Assembly (NCBI GenBank): GCA_012295275.1
Contig: CM022670.1
Coordinates: 10,540,001 to 10,604,000 of the forward strand
DNA from: Chrysomallon squamiferum
Taxonomy: Eukaryota > Animalia > Mollusca
Direction of reading: 5' to 3'
DNA: 64,000 bases
Shown here: positions 56,288 to 64,000 of the stretch, one piece after another
Layout: every line of letters starts with the position of its first letter
Numbering within the stretch: position 1 is the first letter of the stretch
The notes under the pieces: generated by a model
Told to the model about the DNA's origin: nothing
The model's database searches: none
The model's input: the letters and a program-made list of their open reading frames with translations, nothing else
Program-made: the position numbers and the translations under genes

Positions 56288-56771
56288 AAGAAAAGAAAAG
56301 GACATACAATTTATAACATGATTGTTATTGAAAAAGAAAATCAACAAAACCGGAAGTAGCATATAGGAAGAATTACGACACCGAAGCGGTTTCTAGGTAA
56401 CAGTTACATCGTTAAAAATCACATGGCTGTGTTATAAAAGCACGTTAAAAATACGTTGCTGTCGCCATAACATCACTGTGACGTAAACAAAAAAAAATGT
56501 GGGTAAGCACACATTCATTCTTTCAGCACACTGAACGATGTTCACTGACATTGCTACAGAAATATTTTATAATTATTTTTATTTTCTTCTCTCTCTCCGT
56601 AAATAATTAGAATAGTCTTCATCATTTTTCTTCGGTGGTGTTTTCCTATTCTTTCGAGTGTGGCCCGCCTGGCAGATTTTCAATACCGAATCACTTAGTG
56701 GCAACTAAATATAAATTAACGACAACTTCCTGTCTATTTATGTTCTAAATACAAATACGTAGCGTACAATG

Positions 56772-57020
56772 AGTGGCGTGCAGAGGTCCTCTGATGCCCG
56801 GGGACAACTCCTTGCTCCAAAGACTCAAGTATAAGGCCTACTACTGAGAAATATTATGAGAAAGGAAGATGTTTTGAATATGTAAACACAGATAAAGCAT
56901 AAAATAAACACTTTGTTCGATTTAAATATAAATCAAGCAAATTTATTAAGTTCTTTTCTCTGACCCCCGACCATTTTGATGCGCGGAGTCACCTCCCCTT
57001 CGCCCCCCCTCTATAACTCT
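56772..57020. mobile_element. Probable degenerate MITE
   Basis: GC-rich left end AGTGGCGTGCAGAGG..GATGCCCGGGGAC and right end GATGCGCGGAGTC..CCCCTTCGCCCCCCCTCT around an AT-rich core, with a repeated subterminal GATGC(C/G)CGG motif. Confidence 0.45.
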
Positions 57021-57679
57021 ACATATATTTTAAAATGAAAGCAATTCCATATCAACAATAATTAATATATCGGAAGATTATTTTAAATAAATACTATTAT
57101 CACAGAATACGTGATTAATGTTAACGAATGACTGAATGAATAAATAACTGAATAATTATTTAACAACATCTCAGTATTTGTATGTGTTAATGGTTATTAG
57201 GTGCAAAATATGGTCTTGCAGGAACAGTCTCACATAAAAACGTTTGTGTCCACCAGCATTTTAACATTACTTCTTCATTTCTTTTTTTTGTTGTTGTTGT
57301 TTTTGTTTTGTTCTTTTTTTTCTTTTTTTTCCCTCAAACGAATCTTCTGACATACTGACCATAGCCAAATAGACCGATAGCTTCCCGATTGTGTAATCAA
57401 AAGACACAAATTTGAAACTCCACTGAATGTGAGTACTTTACAAATGGTTGACTGGTTTTGTGATTGATGAAGCAGCAGACGTCTGATCAACGTTCACTGA
57501 CCGGCCACAACCTCACTGCTCGGTTTATAAATACGACTATGTTTACATCGACTACTCTAACTGCATGTTACGTACTAAGTAACCTAGCCAATTTTAGATC
57601 ATAAGAACGAGTCTAAAATCAGTGAGAATATTGGTCCTACTCTTTGTATGTAGAGATTACACACAAAGACCGAGGCTTG

Positions 57680-57750
57680 ACAGCATGTAAGATCGATTCT
57701 CCTTAAGACGCCCCCACTCATTTAATTTTCAATCCAGCCAGTGCCCATTA
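57680..57750 (+). mobile_element. SINE fragment (B-box remnant and start of Meta-like domain)
   Basis: GATCGATTC followed ~40 nt later by TCCAGCCAGTGC; probably the same family as 35550-35925. Confidence 0.4.
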
Positions 57751-57799
57751 AATGACATGACATTTATTTTCCTGAATAGAGAAATATGAATTTATATGA

Positions 57800-57865
<66 letters not shown>

Positions 57866-57957
57866 AGAGAGATAGATAGATAGATAGATAGATAGACAGA
57901 CAGACATACAAATAGATAGATAGATATAGATACAGATATATCACTTACAGGTAACTG

Positions 57958-58025
<68 letters not shown>

Positions 58026-58046
58026 AGATTTATACAGATAGAGAGA

Positions 58047-58078
<32 letters not shown>

Positions 58079-58121
58079 TAGATAGATATAGATACAGATA
58101 TATCACTTACTGCTAACTGAT
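57800..58121. repeat. Tandemly duplicated compound microsatellite block (TA)n-(GA)n-(GATA)n-(GACA)n plus unique tail
   Basis: Both ~160-bp units end in GATAGATATAGATACAGATATATCACTTAC..TAACTGAT (~57920-57959 and ~58081-58121). Confidence 0.9.
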
Positions 58122-59608
58122 CAGAATAAACCTGATACTTTATTACAAATCACATGACACTTTACAATAGCTGTTGAGTCTTCAAAACATGTTCACTGAT
58201 CCTGAAGATTATCATCTGATTCATACACTAATTAAATCTGTTTAGCTGAAACTGATATACCAAGAGCAATGAATTAAGATTTTATTTTTCACTATAATAA
58301 AGGAAACTGATCTAGAATTTCTGAAAAATGAATGGACCAAGATTTCAGAAATAATGGAACCAACCAGGATTTTAAAAAGTTTGGAAAATCAAAAATTCAG
58401 AAAAAAGTGTTCATTCGTGTCCAATAAGTGGGAAATTATAGATTATTATAGTTATGTTGAGTCTTCGGCTTTTCATTTGATAATTTCAACTGTTTTCATA
58501 TTTTTCTTTTTTTTCCAGTAAAACCTAAGCCGAACTCCGAATATAAGTAAAGCAAAACAAGTAAATAAAAATAATTCTTTATGGAATGCCTTTAAGAAGA
58601 GCTTCCAGAAGATACTGATTTCTAAATGAATATATGTGTTTAAAGAAGAAAGTACGAACAAAGCATAGATTAATGGGTATCAGTAAAATTTAAAATGAAA
58701 GCCATTTATGAGAAGTTACCATCAAAAAACGAACTCAGTTATTATTTATTCGTCTAAAGCCAGAAGAACAACAGTCTTTCGTTGTTTTTTTCTTTTTCAG
58801 CAAATACCACTGGTTTATTTTAGAAACCCGTATTACCTGCTGTCTTCATTGGCAATATCTTTTGTAATTAATCTGTATGATTAGTTTATGGACAGAGTAT
58901 ACCATGTTTCTTTCTGTATAATGATCATCTTTATATTATTATATTAAACGTGTGACAACAAACAACCATTAGTCTTCAGGTGTCTGATTAAATTATTCTT
59001 TCATTCATTCGTGTCTGGTTGGTTTTTCTTTCTGTTTATTTTGTTTATTTTTTTTTGTTGTTGTGTAGCTTTTTTTTTTTTTTTTTTTTTGTTTCTTTCT
59101 ATCTTTTTTTATTATTAATGTTGTTGTTGTTGTTATTATTATTGTTATTGTTGTTGCTGTTGCTGTAGTTGTTATTATTATTATCATCATCAACATCATT
59201 TGTTTTGATTCATGTTTGTGAACCTAATGATAATTAAAAACAATGTAAAAAATGAATGATACTGAAGTTATAAGCATGAACCCTTCAAGCAATCTGGATA
59301 TTTTAGTCCTGTAATAAGGGATTGGTCGTCCAGTTTCTATAACAATTTTCAAAATGTATCATCTCATTACTACAGCTGATTACAGGAGGAAATGGACATT
59401 TGACATAAATGAAAAAAAAAAAAAACAAATGACATACTATCAATCATTTAAAAACTAGAAAGAAATCAACATAATATCCCTTGGGCCAGGATTTTAACTC
59501 ATATTAAAAAAAGAATAACTGAATAGTAAATGATAGTTTTCCGGTGTTGTTTTAAAGAAAAGGAACCAAGAAAGTTGTCTTTCGACAGAAGTTTCGCCGG
59601 CTGGAAAC

Positions 59609-59855
59609 ATGATTATCGGCTCCCTGCTGTTGCTGGTCGTTTTGGCGTTTGGTAAGTTCTTGTAGTGACTGAGAAGAACATAGTTATATTGCCAGGAGTA
59701 ATCCTAACGTATTATCGGTGGAAGCGTCTAAGGAATGATACTTGATTATGCTGAAAGAAGTTATTTTTACTCTGCAGGACACGATTATAAATTCCTATAA
59801 GAACAGAAACTTACTTTCTTTCTTTTATGATTAACATACATATATACCTTTAATA

Positions 59856-59891
<36 letters not shown>

Positions 59892-60358
59892 TTTTATTTT
59901 TCATTTATTTTTTTTTTTTTTTTTTATTATTATCATCACTATTTTTAATGCTTCACTGTTGGATATAGAACCGTTGGAAATTTAAGACAGGAACCTTCTA
60001 AAGGATATTTTATATCCATTTTAACCATTTAAAGGATATCACGACATTTAATGAACCACTCGCAGGACCGGTTGGAACAAGATAAAAGCCAATGCAAAAC
60101 GACTGATCATTCTACTGTATCACTGAAAACAATTGCTCTTGTAACTTCAGTCCATATACTTATGGAATGCACTGATTATCTGTTGCTTCAGAAATCCAGA
60201 TGAAACATATGACTCTTTAGTTTTATCGTTTTATCGTACCACATGTTTGGAGTAAAGCATCAGAAGTAATTGTTTTTACAGTTCAAAGTGTCATGGGCAA
60301 ACTGCGGCACGGCCTGAACTGCACACCTAATTTCACATTCGTTAATCCTGTTAAATAA

Positions 60359-60389
<31 letters not shown>

Positions 60390-61150
60390 TGGAATCCTAA
60401 TAACCGGCAGAGTTAAGACAGCTAGACATGTCTATACGCATATATTTATTAATTAATTATTTAAATTATTTTAGAGCTTGGGGTTACGACTGGCCAGAGT
60501 TTCCCTTCCACTGGTACAGGCCTGGAATCCATTCCTGAGAGGAGCAAATGGAGGACGGGGAGCTGGATCGGGGTCAGTGAGTAGTAGTCCGTGGGGCAGT
60601 AGATCTTCACCTAGCACATTTGGCAATAGAGCTCCATCTAGCACATTTGGCAGTAGAGCTCCATCTAGCACATTTGGCAGTGGACCATCACCTAACATAT
60701 TTGGCAGTGTATCTTCACCTAACACATGGGGAAGCAGATCTCCATCTAACACGTTTGGCAGCAGACCTGTGCCTGGTTCGTGGAGTGGTAGGCCTCTGCC
60801 AAACACGTGGAACCCCAGGCCCGTGCCCGCCCCATTAAATTCTCCATTTATTAGGAGCAGCTCGAAAAGCTCCAGGAGAAGGAAAGACAAGGTGTGGATA
60901 GTCGACTTTTCTGCTTCGAAGGCAAGAGCCAGAAATACTGCTCCGGATAAGGTCAAAGCCAGCGCTCCAGTGAGAGTTCCAGCTAGTGCACCAGCTAGGA
61001 CTGCCGTAGACAGTGCTCCTGCTGTCGCCAATACACCGATAGCGGTTCGGATTAGCAATCCCAGTCTTAACAGGGACAGGTGGAATGATGAAATAGCTAA
61101 ATATTTCGGTAAGAGACCTTTTGGAAAAAAAATAAAATTAAAAAATAAAA

Positions 61151-61207
<57 letters not shown>

Positions 61208-61879
61208 TCTCTCAAGTAAACCTGTGCAAATAATAATAAAATAACAATATTTTTTTAAATGAAATACATTATCCTTTACCGTTTTTAATTTAAAAAATCG
61301 TGTTATCTGGTTTGAAACAATATTAATAATTACAACAGCAGGAACAACAACAACAACATCTACTACTACTGCTACTGATTATGGTGAGGATGATGATTAT
61401 GATGATAATAATAATAATAATAAATGAATGTGTGGATGAATAGATTTTTAAATTTTATTTATTATTCTTTCTGTCTTTAGACACACACAAACGCACTTAC
61501 ATACATATAAACATATTTATTTATTTTATTTTATTTATTAAATTTAATTCTTTTTCTTTTCTTTTCTTCTTATTATTTTTGTGTATTTATCTATTTTTGT
61601 TTTGTTGTGGTTTATTTTTACTTATTTTTTGGTGCGTGAGTGTGTGTGTGTGTGCACGTGTATGTGTCTTTTATTTTTCGATCTTTCTTTCTTGTTTTTT
61701 TTTTTTTAAATTATTTGTTTTCATTTTTGATCGTTTTCTTGTTTTTTTTTCAGACAGTGATTTTCTGACGTGTTCAGTTTTCAGAAATGGACTAATGTCT
61801 ATGTCAGCCACTCTTTCTAAGGTTTGTTTCGATATCTATCTCATTCTCTTCACAAAATAAAAAGCCTGTTATTTATTTA

Positions 61880-61911
<32 letters not shown>

Positions 61912-63446
61912 TCTATTTATCTCTCTCTCTCTCTCTCTCTCTGTGTGTCTGTCTGTCAGTCTATATATTTATTTATCTGTCTCTATCTATCTACTTACAA
62001 TAATTATTATTGTTGTATGTTTTTGTGTAAAGGATTATAAAATTACTTCATTCTTTATTTATCAGTATAGACGTAAAATTTCAAAAATGAGCCAGTTAAA
62101 AAGTTTTATATTTTAAATGTTTGGTGTATTATTTATTTATTAGTTAATTAACTCATTCATTCATTCATTCATTCATTTTTGTTTTTCGTTAACGATATCT
62201 ATCTCCTTCTCTTCACAAAATAAAAGCCTGTTATTTAGTTATCTATCTTTTTCTCTTCTTTATTTGGTGGCGAAGGGAATTTGTTTTTTGGTATGTTTAT
62301 ATATTTATTTATTTATTTATTTATATTTGTTTTCTCTTGGGTTTTCTTTTGTGTGTGTCTGTGTGGTTTTTGTTGATGTTATTTTTGGTGGGACATTTTA
62401 TCACGGGCAGCAAACTTGGAAGTTTACAAAACTATATTAGACTCTTTACATCACAGATGTGCTCTTCAAGACACACCAACCATTAAAGATGGTGCATTCT
62501 ATACATTCTTTCTTTACGGTATTTTGTGACGTTATTATGGTGTGTTTGTCTGTTTCAGATTTCTTCTGGATTACGTTTGAACGTTTTGTTTATGTCTCGC
62601 TCTCAAACCACAGACTACTGGACAGACAACTTGTTCCTGGTGTTAACAGAGCGATCCCAGTTTGAAAACACGTGCACTCCCGAATCGCTAGGAAGCATAA
62701 TTAACAGGTGCGTATGCGGTGCAAACTGACTAGAAAATAAAACTAACACGCATAAATTGAACATGTTCTGTTAAAAGTTAATTTATTGGCATTTAGTGCA
62801 AAATGACTGGCAATTATAACTTATATTAATTTTAGTGCAAAATTTCTAGGCAAATTAAACTAACAAAACAGGTGGTGAAATACTAGGAAATACGATATCT
62901 AGGTATTCAGTGCTGTATCACTAGCAAATACAGTTTTTATTAATTCAATTACTGCTTATTTCATATCACATTTTTATAATCTGGCCAGTGAGAAAAGGTC
63001 ATTTAGATTTCCTTAATTTATTCTTCATTTGTCGTTGAATGCATATTTTATCAATGTCTTTTTTTGGAAGACAAGTTTGAATTTCACTTCGGCAAATTTT
63101 AGGAGTCGAATAATTTCTTAAAAGATAGAATTTACCCGTTTGTTTCATTCTTATATATATATATCTTAAGTTGTAGTTGCTTTTTGGTCCCGAGTGGACT
63201 TCAAATTGAATTATTCATTAACTAAGTTTACATAATAATTTATTTAAATTACTCTGCTCATAACAGTGACTTGATCTTCTAATTTACAGACATCACCTAA
63301 AAGCGAACAATGACCAGTCCAATGCTACCATCGCAGATAAGACAACATTAGGAAGATTCAAACTTTCGGTAACAGAAAATCAGACGTCAGAAATTAAAAA
63401 TCTTCCTTTCCCCGACCTGAGAGACTACGCGGGAAGAGGCTTAGCG
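59609..63446 (+). CDS. Uncharacterised secreted low-complexity protein, 5' part (continues beyond right edge): signal peptide, 9x9-aa F/W-G repeats, basic patch, Ala/Pro-rich linker, Cu/Zn-SOD-like segment. Exons 59609-59651, ~60475-61108 (5' junction ambiguous), 61754-61821, 62559-62707, 63290-63446
   Basis: Signal exon MIIGSLLLLVVLAF|gtaagt. The long exon ends KYF-G|gtaaga. Downstream exons join in phase: DSDFLTCSVFRNGLMSMSATLSK|ISSGLRLNVLFMSRSQTTDYWTDNLFLVLTERSQFENTCTPESLGSIINR|HHLKANNDQSNATIADKTTLGRFKLSVTENQTSEIKNLPFPDLRDYAGRGLA. Confidence 0.8.
60592..60834 (+). repeat. Coding 27-bp minisatellite, 9 units
   Basis: WGSRSSPST/FGNRAPSST/FGSRAPSST/FGSGPSPNI/FGSVSSPNT/WGSRSPSNT/FGSRPVPGS/WSGRPLPNT/WNPRPVPAP. 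Confidence 0.93.
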
Positions 63447-63474
63447 GTAAGATGAACTGGGAGATGGGATAGGG

Positions 63475-63683
63475 CAGGGAGGGTCTTAAGGCATGGGCGC
63501 AATGGGCGGTTGCCCTGATACCCCCCACCCCATGAGTCTCGAAGACCGTGCAGTCAGTGATTGCAGTGGGTTGCCGTCAAAATATTTTGGCATCGTTGTG
63601 TATGAGGAGCCTAAATACGTTCCTTTGTTCAAACCTTATAATGCTTTTACGATGGCACGATGTAGATGGTGGAAAAAGAAGGA

Positions 63684-63777
<94 letters not shown>

Positions 63778-63793
63778 CTTAATATGCCATTGC
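63475..63793. mobile_element. Possible degenerate MITE containing a (GA)n tract (~63686-63775)
   Basis: GC-rich left end CAGGGAGGGTCTTAAGG..GGGCGCAATGGGCGGTTGCCC and weak inverted right end CTTAATATGCCATTG. The (GA)n tract is certain; the MITE call is tentative. Confidence 0.3.
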
Positions 63794-64000
63794 TAATTCA
63801 TTTCTTTCATTTTCACCAAATTTTGACTGAAATATATATCTATATGTACATCCATAAATTTATTATCATTTTATAATTTTATTTATTTATTTGTTTGTTT
63901 ATTTATTTATTTATTTTTATTATTTTTTTTTTTTTTTTTTTTATTTATATATTTATTTATTTATTTATTTATTTATTTGTCTTTTTACTATATATTTTTC

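Noticed and set aside
60592-60834. CRISPR-like array or nucleoporin FG repeats
   Set aside because: Eukaryotic DNA with contiguous units and no spacers; the upstream signal peptide argues against a nucleoporin.
60471-61058. 195-aa antisense ORF (and the 72-aa alternative-frame ORF 60620-60838)
   Set aside because: Shadow frames of the GC-rich 27-bp coding repeat, with no splice or start context of their own.
1401-63876. Dozens of short ORFs rich in I/L/F/Y/CV/ER runs
   Set aside because: Translations of microsatellites and poly-T/A tracts, or antisense shadows of real exons.

Overview
AT-rich, microsatellite-dense, intron-rich animal genomic DNA, most likely a mollusc (gastropod-like SINE remnants; this is inference). 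I assembled five genes by hand from GT-AG exons. (1) The 5' part of a secreted protein on the minus strand that runs off the left edge; its pro-region weakly resembles animal heme peroxidases. (2) A complete TPMT (minus, 8 coding exons, ~248 aa). (3) A complete POP1, the RNase P/MRP core subunit (plus, 7 coding exons, ~889 aa), head-to-head with TPMT across a short CpG-rich bidirectional promoter. (4) A complete AP3D1, AP-3 delta-adaptin (plus, 34 coding exons, ~1263 aa), with a probable ~5.7 kb 3'UTR. (5) The 5' part of an uncharacterised secreted protein (plus) with nine exact 9-aa F/W-G repeats and a C-terminal segment resembling a metal-free Cu/Zn-SOD fold; it runs off the right edge. The most striking observation is a fully paired 71-nt tRNA-like cloverleaf with a non-decoding anticodon arm and complementary flanks, lying sense-oriented in an intron of POP1 itself: a candidate RNase P substrate for autoregulation. 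Other points are a CLEAR-like/ETS/YY1 promoter and a stack of uORFs abutting the AP3D1 start, and a frame conflict in the repeat-protein gene. Most short ORFs in the supplied track are microsatellite artefacts. Coordinates were counted by eye and no database searches were run.
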